64,000 nt of DNA, taken from the NCBI GenBank assembly GCA_030264375.1, contig JASCQW010000112.1:15538953-15602952 (forward strand). The letters run 5' to 3'. Below, piece by piece: positions 23,219 through 35,200 of this stretch. The notes under the pieces are model-generated. The model had not been told where the DNA came from, ran no database searches, and saw nothing but the letters and a program-made list of their open reading frames with translations. The stretch's first letter is position 1, and each line of letters opens with the position of its first letter. Position numbers and translations under genes: made by a program. This stretch comes from Carcharhinus longimanus. Taxonomy: Eukaryota.

Positions 23219-26200
23219 CTTTAAATAGAAAGATATTAACGCATTACTAAGGAGATAAACATGGCTGTACATTTGTCATTAACAAAGCTACCGTGCTGCT
23301 GCTCTCTCGCACCTTGCAGCATAAAATAACTGGTGACATTGAGTTACAAAGGGAATAGGAACAGCTGGAACAAATGGAGGCACAACTAAAGTAAAAGATT
23401 GACAAATAAAATTAAACTAAGTAAACAGGAAGAAAGCATTTATAGGTCATATAAAAATATAATGAATGCAAGGAGGTTGGTTTATTTATTAGTCAAGACT
23501 TTAAAACTTCAATAAATACCAGCCCAGTGCATCAAAACAAGTGTTCAAATTTGACAAGAATACTGGCCCAGATTTTGAGACAAAATTGTCAGTACTCTTC
23601 TGAAATTGACAGCAATTCCTGGAGTCCACACACATGCAGTTAAACTTGAAATCCAGAAGCTGCTGTCAGTAATACTTCTGTTTCTTCAGAGGGTGCACTA
23701 TTGAGGTGCTTCCCCACCATCAGCCAAACAGATTCAGTGAAATGCTGAGAACATACGGTGTTTAATCTCGTTATAAAAACCCTCAACAGTTCCACTTTGT
23801 TGAATGAGGTGCCAATGGGTTTTTAATGGCATACTGAGTTCATGATTACTGCTAAAAAGCTTCACTTGCCCTGGAAAAGTACTTTTATTTCTGAGAATGT
23901 CAAGATTCTGCATCGTAAGTAATTCTATTTTTTTTATTTCAGTACTAAAGATTTCCTCTGAAATTTGATACTTTAGTTCTACTTCAATCCCAAACATTGA
24001 TGCAGTCACCTTTGCTGAACGCACGAGGGGCCCCGTGGCTTGTGACCAAATTCAAGCTGAAGTCAGGGAAGAGGGCAAGTTACGATCTTTTGTGGGTAAC
24101 TTCCTTCAAAGTCAGTGGCAAGTGCCATTGGTTCACCGCTAACCTCAAAATCCAGCCCATTATTCTTCTGCTCTTTCAATTACTTTTGTGAAAATTGGTG
24201 CAGTTCAAAGTTAAAAAAAATGAAATCCTCTTCCGTGAGTGGAAATTCTAATGGCGAGAATGAGATGTGCACTTTCTAGAACCTTACCTAGGCTCTTGAT
24301 GACAGTTTGTCATTCTGCAGAACATAAAAAATACAATGCATGGTTTTAAGTTGCGGATGTTTGGTTTTACAGTTCTGCAGACTAAATTATTGACTATATA
24401 TTTCACAATTTTTAAAATGTGTTAGCATCTTCTCCTATTTCTAATATTCCTTCACGCACAATTGTTTATTGCTCCATATCTGGCATTAACACAGTTTGAG
24501 TGAGGATCCAGTTTATTTTGTTATTAATGTTCATCTAATGGACTTCTGTAGACTTTTAAAACTTGCAAAGTCCTCACCGTGTACATTTCTAAGCACTTCA
24601 CAATCCCAAATGGAATTTCAAGTACAACCTAACCTCTGATGAACTATAATGTACAATGCAAGTAGATCTCATTAAACTAAATATGAATGTTAAAAACAAA
24701 AAGCACGTCTTAAATCTACAACCGTCTATTTTATTTGGGCACAGTTCCAAAACTGTTTCCTATTTTATGTTCACTGTTTAATTTTGTAATGTAATTAATA
24801 CTTTACTTTCCACAGCTGGAAATGCACACATGCATTCACAAGTTGCCATACTATAAGCCAAGACAGAAAGCAAAATAACAACATCTGTAAGTTTAAGACC
24901 TCAATTTAGACACGAGAAAATTTACTCAACAGTAATAAATCAAATTACATACATTTCCATGCATGGTAAGTTACATTCTATATAAATAAATAAATTACAC
25001 AGGGTGTTAGAGCCATTGACACACAGACGATGGCCATCCGGCCCCCAGAGTCAATGCTAGCTCTCCAGAGCAATTCAATGTGTTCCATTCACCCACTGTC
25101 CCCATGGCGCTGTTATTTTCCTCGAACGCTTATCCAATTTCCTTTTGAAATTACTTACCATCTCAACCTTCCATCACTTTCCTGGGCAGCAAGTTCCAAG
25201 GTCACTACCACTTTCTGCGTGAAGAAAAGTTGTTCCTCACATCTCCCCTGTATCCCTTGCCCGAAACCTCAAAAGTTAGTGTTCCCTAGCCCTTTTACCA
25301 GATTTTCTTTAGCTACTTTATTTAAACTGGTCATAACCTTGTACAATACAATCAGATCTCCTTTAATTCTAGGGCAATAGCTTTTCAAGTCTCTGAGGAG
25401 CCCTCATATACTTCCTAAATTGTGCTAACCAGAAGTGGATGCATTACTCTAGTTGTGGACTAACCAGGGCTTTATAATACGTTCAAGACAACTTCCCCAC
25501 TTTTGCACTCGATACGTATTTATACGTATAACATCTAAAGGTCACCATTTTCACCAGATAAACTATGTTACAAATGTACTTGTTGACCAAGACATTAAAG
25601 CACCATTACAATGCCAATGTTGAACTCCAATATGGAAAATATTTTTACTCCATAACCGCTAGCAGGAGAGGCTAGGAGTAACTGGGAGACGCGATAAGTT
25701 AAGTGTGTGCTTGCTCTGGCTTTAACAGAAGCCACATTACATGACTGACTCCATCTTGTGCACTACTGTTCCTTTATGTAATCCATTACTCTTTAAAGAA
25801 AAATCTAACTGCATGTTTATATAAAGATAGTGAAATAATTACAAATGAGCTTCTGTTACTATATGTAAATGTTGCAAGCAATATAAATGGTAACAAAGAC
25901 TAGTAGACTCCCGCAATTACCTCTTGACTTCTTGATTTTTTAATAAAAGCAACTCAAGCTTTGAAAAGGGTTTCAAGTATTACACTCATAAATATGTTCG
26001 TCTAACAGGTTGCTACATTTTCATTTCCAAGTTATTATTAATTTTTATGCTATAGGACTATGATGCCAGTAATGTCAGTTTAGGTTCGGAGGAGGCTACA
26101 TTCTTAGCCTGCAACTGAAGCCAAGTGAAAATTTATAGAAACTTACTCCCAACGAAACTAGTTTTATGGCAGCACAAGAATTAGAGAAAAGGGTGAAAAT

Positions 26201-29200
26201 CACACTCTCCAACTGGTGTTTTCCTCTTGTTGAATTACAAGTACGAGAAAAGCATCACAAGCAACCGCCAGGGCAAATAATTAGAACTTCATATCGCATT
26301 CATAGGGATCATTTCCTATCCTGATCGCAGAAGGAAACTGAGCATTAATGCTCAGTTAAGATGTCCGGCCAGCAGTTCAAAAGGGTCACACATTCCTGAC
26401 AGGCACAACACCCAAATCCTGATCTAATTGCTCTTACCTCTTGCTGTTTTTTTTGTTCGCTTTCCACCTCTTAATTCTGAATCTGAGGTGTTGCCCTCAA
26501 GATCAATTGGCTTTGAAGTACGCCGTTTCTTTAAAAAAAGTGAAAGGCATTGATTAGTGGAGAATCAAATATTGTCAGCAACACGTTGGTCACTATCCTT
26601 GAGAAATAAAAGCAGCAATTAGACAAGGCTCAAAAGGACAGATGGAACAGTGGAAAGTACTGCACAAACTATTTTCCAGGAATTGTACTGAATCCAAGAT
26701 TAACACAAGGTGGAGTCTTGGGTAATGTAGCTTGGCTAAGACAATGACCTTCCTTCTAGAAAGTGGGGCTTCGCACCAGACTGAAGTCATAATGATGAAA
26801 GTCTCTTTTATGTACTGGTAACAAAAATACCTACCTACTGCTGTTTAGAACAGTTAAACAGCATATATTACTAAAGGCTCCAAAGCACATAATTGTCCAT
26901 CTCACACTCATTTTCTAATTCAAGTCAAATCGGGCATAAAGATTCTTACTGCAAGAGGTTAAAAATGTTGTATTAAATGATAAACAAGCACATTGATGAG
27001 CAGATTGAACAAGGCCTTAAACCCTAGAACTACAGCAACAACTGACCAAGAAATGATGAAAGACAATAATATTGAAAATGTTCCACTGAGCTAAACAAGT
27101 CCATGAAGTGTAGGGTTGTTGTGTAGCAGCATTTTACTTCAAATCAAAAGGAAAGACAAAAAATAGATGAATCTGGTTGGATTGGGAAAGACTGGAGCAG
27201 ACAGACAATGGCTTTTTCATTCTGTCCTTTCAATTTGCTTGAAATCAAGGGCTTGATTTTTGACTCCAGGGTGGGAACATGGCAAGCAAGCCACATGCCT
27301 GCTAAGGAGCAGCAGCAAACAGGCTCAGCCAATTTCAATTGCTGGGTCTCTTGCTGACTTACTGGCCAAAATGACTGGAAATTTGGCAAAGAACACACTC
27401 AAAATGGGGAACCTGGGTATGATTACTAGAGGTACAATAGTACAAAAACAAGGACGTTACGGTGAACCTTTCTAAAACACTAATTCAGCCTCAACTGGAG
27501 TATTTTGTCCAATTGTGGGCACCAGAAGGATGTGAAGCTTTAGACAGGGTGCAGAAAACGATAAAAACTACATTGGTTTTCAGACCAGCAGCGTCTTTTT
27601 ATCTTAACGTTCTCATCCTTGCTTTTGAAACTCTTGTCATCTCAGCCCGCTATAAATTCAGGGATGAGGAACTTCAGTGACTAAGACGAGAAACTGGGGC
27701 TGTTCTTCTGAGAAGGTTGAAGAGATTCGATAGAAGTGTTCAAAATCATTAAGGGCCCAGACAAAGTTAATAGAGAACTTGTTTCCATTGGCAGAAGGAT
27801 CAAGACCGTAAATAATAGAAACAGAAGTAGGCCATTCAGCCCCTCAAGCCTGCTCCACCATTCATGATTGATCCAACATTCAAGTCCACATTCCTTTCCC
27901 TGTATCTATTGATTCCCTTACTGGTCAAAAATCTATCTACCTCAGCCTTCAGTATACACAAGGACCCTGCCCCCACAGTTCCGTGGCTAAAGACTCTCAA
28001 CACTCGGAAGAAATTCCTGCTCTTCTTAAGTCTTAACCTGGCACCCTTTTACTCTGAGGTCAGGTCCTCTGGACCAGAGGATACCTGATTTAAGATGAAT
28101 GGCAAAAGAAGCAAAGCCGACACACAGAAAAACATTTCTTAAAAAATACGAGTGATTAGAATCTGAAATTCACTGTCTGACAGGGAGGTGGAGGTAGATT
28201 CAAATGTGACTTGCATAAAACATAGATGTAATTTAAGTCCAAGTTATTATGTAAACTTGGAATAGGTGTTCGGGCATCAGTCTGTAAATCACCAAAGAGT
28301 AAGAGTAATTGTTTAACTGACTTATAATAGTGTCTTTAATATAGTAAAACATTCTAAAATGCTTCACAGATGGGGTGATCAAGCAAAATGTTATACTGAG
28401 CCACATAAGGAGCTATTAGAGCACATACCAAATGTTTGGTCAAAGTGATAGGTTTTCAGGAATAAAGGTAGAGAAATGGAAGGAACGCCAGAGCTTAAGG
28501 CATTGGCAATTTAAGACACAGCTACCAAAAAGTGGAGCAATTAAATTCAGGGAGGCACGCAAGAATAAAAATTGGAGGACAGCAGAGATCTGAGAGCGAT
28601 TGGATGAAGGTTACAAATTTATAGAGGGCTGAGATAACTAGAGTTTCAAAAGCAAGGATGAGAACAGTAAGATAAAAAGGCGCTGCTGGTCTGAAAACCA
28701 ATGTAGGTCAGTGAGCATATTGGGTGTTATGGGAATGAGACATGGAGCCAAGATATGGACAGCAGTTTGGATGCGGTCAATTGTATGTCGTGTGGTAGAT
28801 TGGACTCCTGCCTGGAGAGCATTGGAATAATCAAGAGAACAAAGGCTGGATGAGGGTTTTAGCAGTTCAACAGTCCCACCATACAATGTCATATATTAAT
28901 ATCACAAAAGAGATGGAGTTGAGTAAGTGAGGAGAAATCATTCAGTTCCAACCATTATGGCTGAGACTGCAGGAGGGAGTCTTGCCATTGTAGCCTACAT
29001 TTAAAGAATGAAAACAGTCTACAGTGGTTATGTTTAACTGAAAATTCTTCCTCATACCAATGAATGAAACCAAATTCAGGTATCCTCATAGGCTTGTATA
29101 ATGCATTGCTGAGACACATTTGATACATACCAATTAGTAGATAATGAAAATAAGATTGGATGGTCATCTGCTGGCATGCCACAGTTTTAATTTTTAAAAA

Positions 29201-32200
29201 CCACTGGTACATTAAGTGTCTTAGAGGTGACCTCACTTCGTAACAGGAGCTTTGCTCTACTAGTTTGCTACCAGCTCACTAAAATATACATTCCGATGGA
29301 GCTAAAAATACATATAAATGGCCAATTCTTTGCAAAGTCAAAAGAAAACAACTACGGCAACATGAACAAACTGAAATGTTATTGTCGGTTCAAAATCAAC
29401 TGGAGTATTATGAGCCACTCTTCCAGTTCAATGTTTGATTTTCAACTTCAAATAGAAAGCAGCCAGCTTTTCATATCCAAATGTTGATCTCATTATCCCA
29501 AAAATCAAGTGACCGCGCCCCCCCCCCCCCCACCGCATTACAAGATCTAGACCTGTGATCACGAAGTTGACTGAGATAGATTCATCTGTAAACTCAAGTT
29601 GTGGATCATTTAAAATGTCTCCAGAAAAATGTAATTTAAAATGTCATTTAATCTCATCTTTGTTCAAACTACCTTCCACAATATTCTTTATCTAAAGGAT
29701 ATTCCTGTTCTGCTACAATGTAGGGTGCATCAGTAGAAATCTGTACATTAATGTTCTGTGGAAGTATTCATCTGGACATGCATACCACCAACTCATTCCA
29801 AGTGCCCAACAACTAGACGTTCCCTCAGTATGTTGGTAAAAACTGATTTTAAAAAAATAGAGTAAGTTACATTGCTTTAATTTTAAACTTATTTATATGA
29901 CAACTGACTGGATACACTGCAACACATGCCTCCACAAATGAGTATCCTATTCAATGAACAGAAAAGTTATCAAAGATAAAATACAATAAACTTAGGACAA
30001 TTGGTCTTGAGGCTATTTAAAGACTAAATGATTTGTAGACAATAGCAAATGTTTGAACTTGTAACCTAAACGAATAGAAATGTTTCATCTTGAGATGCTA
30101 GTTATTGTCATGTTGCTCTTTGTCTTTTGTCAACTGCTGTTCATAGCATATGCAGAAAGATATTTGCTATGTAACATATGTGGATGACCCAACCTACCTT
30201 TCTGGTCACCTATGTCTGCTGATATTGTAACTAGTTCCCTCTCCAGAAACTCCATCTTAACCTTCCTGAAAATTATTGGCCTAGCTCCAATCTCTCTTTC
30301 TTTTAAAAGTCCTTGGACAGAAAGTTATCCCCCAAATGCATGTCTACCTTTTCTGAAACTCCATATTCAAATTTCACAATAGCTCTCTAACCATGCCACC
30401 TGCACTGAAATGGCCTGAATCAAAATTACAAATGATATGCCCTGTGAACCTTCTCACCCATCTCAACTTATTTCCATTCATTGACATGGTAAACTACACC
30501 ATTTTCCATGAATGCCCATTCTCTGATGTACAATTCCATTGTTCATCTCTTAGCTACCCAATAATATCCAGCAATAGCTTGCTTTCTGTTCCACACACTA
30601 TTACCTCTGAAGTCCTTCAAGTATCTAACTTGATTTTTCCTTCTCTTCTCTTTTCCTGCATTCCCTTTGAAAGCTGTATCTTTGGCCATTTAGCTGTCTA
30701 TACTAGAACTCCCTTCCAAAACCACTCATTCTCTCTCCTCCAATAACTTCCTTGTCAAACCCATGTCAGAACAACAAGCATTCAAGTCGCCTCTCTTTCA
30801 GTGTCCATTTTCGTTTGATTGCAATTCTTTGAAACAGCTCAAGTTGTTTTTAAAGGCATTATGTCATGGCAAGTTGTTGCTGCATATAGGCTGATAAACA
30901 GGATTGAGGTTTACAGTGATGGCTAACATTGCTCTCTTTTTGTACCTTTGGATAGAAAGCAGGAAATTATAAATTGCTATGTTTGGATAATCAACAGGTT
31001 GCATAAGAAAACCCATGATAAACAAATCAAACACGGACTAGAGATGGAGTAGGTTGGTTAGGTTGAAAGTTCTGCATTTTATAACTAAATTCGGAACAAT
31101 CTAAAAGCACATTCACTTTCAAATTATTCAACGTGATATATAACTAATGCTTCACAATTTTATAAATTCTTTTTTACTTATTGGGTGACACACAATTTGA
31201 GAAACAACCTGCTTATAGGCTCTGTTGGGCTACTCTATAATCACCAACCAGCTAACTGCAAAAAGTATTTTGTGTGTGTGTGGCATACCATTCTGCGTTG
31301 ATCAACATCCCAAGACAGCACCCACAACTACCAACACACTTGGAGGGGGCGATGCACGAGGAAAGAGACGAGAACTGATTGGCCTGCAGACTTACTGAAC
31401 AGAAATCTTCAATATATTAAACCAACTGATATGTCATATAATTATAATGCTGGTAAACTACACAATGTGCAAATTAAAGAGATGCTCAATCTAATGCTTG
31501 AGTGACAACTGAACAGTCGTGAGCTCGCAAACATCCAATGGCTCAAGCCACCTTTTTTTTTCACATGTTAGTGAACAGAATAATTATTCAACACCATAGC
31601 TGTTCATTCACAGAGTTAAGGGCTTAAAAAAAGGATGAGGAACCTTTCATTGGCTGAACGCAGTTAATAGCTGGAATATTTCAAAGGATTGCACTCCATT
31701 TTGCAGCTGCATATACGCAGAAATACACATTTGGTATGAAACCGTATGTTTAAAAATCTTAAATTCTCCTCCTCTTCATGATCCTGCCCATTCAACCCTC
31801 CAATGACCCACAGTTCAAACCTTCCAGTCTTCAGATTCTAGTTAAGTTTACAGCCATTCCTTTTCTCCACCACAGGCTGCCACATCTTAAACTGCTGAAA
31901 CTTAATGCTTTGGAACTCCCTCAGCCTCAGTTCCCTCTCCTCATTTTAAACGTTCCCTAAAACACTTCAAGTTTATAACATGTCTAATTGCTGCTCATAA
32001 TCCTTTATGTGACACGGAATCCTTTTTTTAGATTATGTTTGTGAGGCAATTGTTTTTTTCCTACATTGAAGGTGCTATGTAAATATAATGTGTTGCTTAA
32101 AAGCACATCTTGTGCTTTATTTTCAGACAAGACCATGAGCCATAGAATAATTCTACCTCAAGTGTATCATTAAAATTTGATTTAATCACTACTATTTGGA

Positions 32201-35200
32201 ATACTAGCAGTGGATTAGTCACAGATGTGTGGAATAGACAGTTTAATAAAATGTAAATTCACACCACTTTCATCGTTTAATTTAAAGTCAGAATATTCAG
32301 CAATATAGTTCACTTAATCAAACAACGTTTAGTAGCCATCCACAAGACAGCAAGTACTGTTACTTAGATGATATAAACACCAAAGGAATCATATCATGCA
32401 AGATACACATTTGAAGCAACGATTAGATCAGACCGCCTGGTTTAATTTGTTGATTTAGGAAACCTTTACACCAAACAGAAACTTGCCCAAACGTGCACAC
32501 ATTTCAAGCAGCCCTACAAGAAAATAATGTTGCTGGCAGCTGAACAATTGTTTTACTGTAACAGGTACAAGTAATGATCCAACATACGTATATTTATTAA
32601 AAAACACACACACAGCATTACATTTGTTTTAAAAGCTTTGGATGGCATCCTAGATAAGCAGACAATAAAAAGGATAAAGTCAAGACTTAAGCTGCAATTA
32701 GTCAAATACTATGGCAGATCATTGTTTAGCTAATTGTTTTCCCATAGCCAAATGGCGAGCTCAGCCAAGGAATCAATACAAGGATCACGGTTGGTGTTAG
32801 CTGGCTCAAGAAATTGAGTACAGCTAATTCTCCTCCGTGTTTCAACAAATTTTTGAAATTCTTCTATTTCCATTTTAAACCTTGGAAACTATCCAGGGCA
32901 CACTACATAGTATTTTATCATTTCATAATAACTCTGAGCAAGTTTTAAAATGTTTAGCAACAACTGGCTTAGACTCTAATCACAGCAATTATTTTAACAT
33001 GCTGACTGCTACTTAATAGTGCATTTCATTTTAAAGATGTTACACATTTTTCCAACTGCTTGTGAAAAAAAGGGTTTTGTGTAGCTGTTAATGAAATTTG
33101 GCATTTTGTTTTCCTTTTTTTTTGAGGGCTTATGTCGCTGCTTTGTGCACTACCATCTTGGCCAATAGCTGCTACATGTAATCAACAGGCCACAATGGCT
33201 CATCTCTGCAATGGCTGATTTTACATTGAAAATGTAACAGCAGGTTGCTAAGAGTTTTCTTTTGGATGCGCAGTAATGAATCAACAGCTAGGATTCACAG
33301 CTACCAAAGAGTAGTGTGCATCTTTTCCCTTCATCTCTGCCTCATCATTACCATCTAAACCCTGCTGCGCTGAACAGATTGGTTTGATAATTACACACAA
33401 TAACTGCAGTGGGCACATAACCCTCAGCTGGCACAGGGCAGATCCCGAGCGGCAAGTTCCATATGTAAACTACACTGATTAAGTGTACGAGGTACATCCT
33501 CCCCTGCCTGTCTGCAGCTCTGATTAGAAGCATTCAGACACTGATATTACCATATGTCATCAAAATCATGAGGTAGCAGGTCAACCAAGAGTTATAAAAT
33601 TTTCAAAGTGCTATTTAATCCATCACTTTGTTCTACTGTGGAACAATTACAGACACAGTACAGCCCTAGATTAAAAGCTGTAATCTCAAATGTAAACCTT
33701 TAATCAAGATTTCATGCCACTTCAGAAATTCTCATTTTTCACTTAATAGTTTTCCCTCTGTTATCATTCCCTTTTCCATTCCCCTGAAGGCAGTGACACT
33801 TTGCAAAGCTTCAGCAACACTGTGGTACCTTACCCAAATGGTCATCTATCACACTTGAGCCAAGACAGCAAGTGCTGACAGATTAGTTGTGAGCATAGGG
33901 CGTCAGTCAAGCCCACCCTCATCTCAATCCCAATGCCTACATGCATACTTTCCAGCAGGAGTCACAGGAAAGCTTTCAGGAATGGGAATTTTGGATTTCC
34001 CCCCCCCCTCATTTGATTAGGGACACCGAGAAAGGCAATTATATAGCACCTTCTGTCTCAAACATCATACAGCTCTTCAATACTATAAATTACTTTAAAG
34101 GGCAACTTATGACCAAAAAAAAAGATATTTTGCAACATTTGAGGACACCTATTGTCCAGTTCATATGGGCTGTTAAGAAATGTTATGCTCAGTGTCAAAA
34201 ATATTTTCATTCCCACCATATCTTACCTATCCCACTAACTGTCTAAAGTTTGTGTTTTTGCAGTAGTGTAATATACATGCCAATAAAGCATCAGCTAGGC
34301 TCAATTGGCAGCATATTTGTCTAAGTCAGAAGGTTGCAGTTCAAGCTCCAGCATTGGTTCCTCAGCATTCCTCCCTCAAGCACCATCAAAAACAGGTTGT
34401 CTGGTCATTCGTGTACTGAATGCCCTTGAAAACTGGCTGCTGTGTGTACAGCAAGAAAAAAATGAATGGTTAGAGCAACAATGAATATTTTATTTTTTAT
34501 AATCAACAGTTTCTCACATCAGCTCACCCTCAACTGAAATTTTGACAACTCAACTACTCCAGTGCTTTCTGGTTGGCCTACCATTCTCCAACTCATCTGT
34601 AACTCTATTGCCCAGCAAGACCTGCTCACTCATTAATCTCTATCCTTAACAATCCATACAAGCTCCTGGTACCCCCTCCTGTCAAATTTATGATCCTTAT
34701 CCTTGTGTATAAATGTCTTTCCTAGCCTAATGCCCCTACCCACCTCACACTCTCTCTATCCTAATAAGCCCCTACCTCCAGCTCAAGATTTGTGCACTTA
34801 TTTGGCTAACCTTTTAGTACATTCTGCATTCCTTTGTCCCACCATTGACAACACTAGAATTTCTTTCCTAAACCTCACCATCTCCCTCTCATCCCCTAAA
34901 ATTCTTAAAAAAACAATTTTTGGACCAAGCACTTGATGAAGCTCTTCTAATACTCCTTTTTTTCCAGTCAGAGTCTGCACCTTTACATCTACTTTAAGTA
35001 ATTAGAAATTTCACTGGCAAAGGTGAGGTGAACTTTATGCACGAAATTACAGAAACGTGGAACCTGGTTTTCCCCAATTAGACGAGTTAGAATGGTTGCT
35101 ACAACTTGATGTTATCCATCACACAATTCCCAGAATCAATGTCACCAGTGCCAAACTGGTCGATGCAAAATAGTCACACAAGGAACTACAACCTTTTAAA

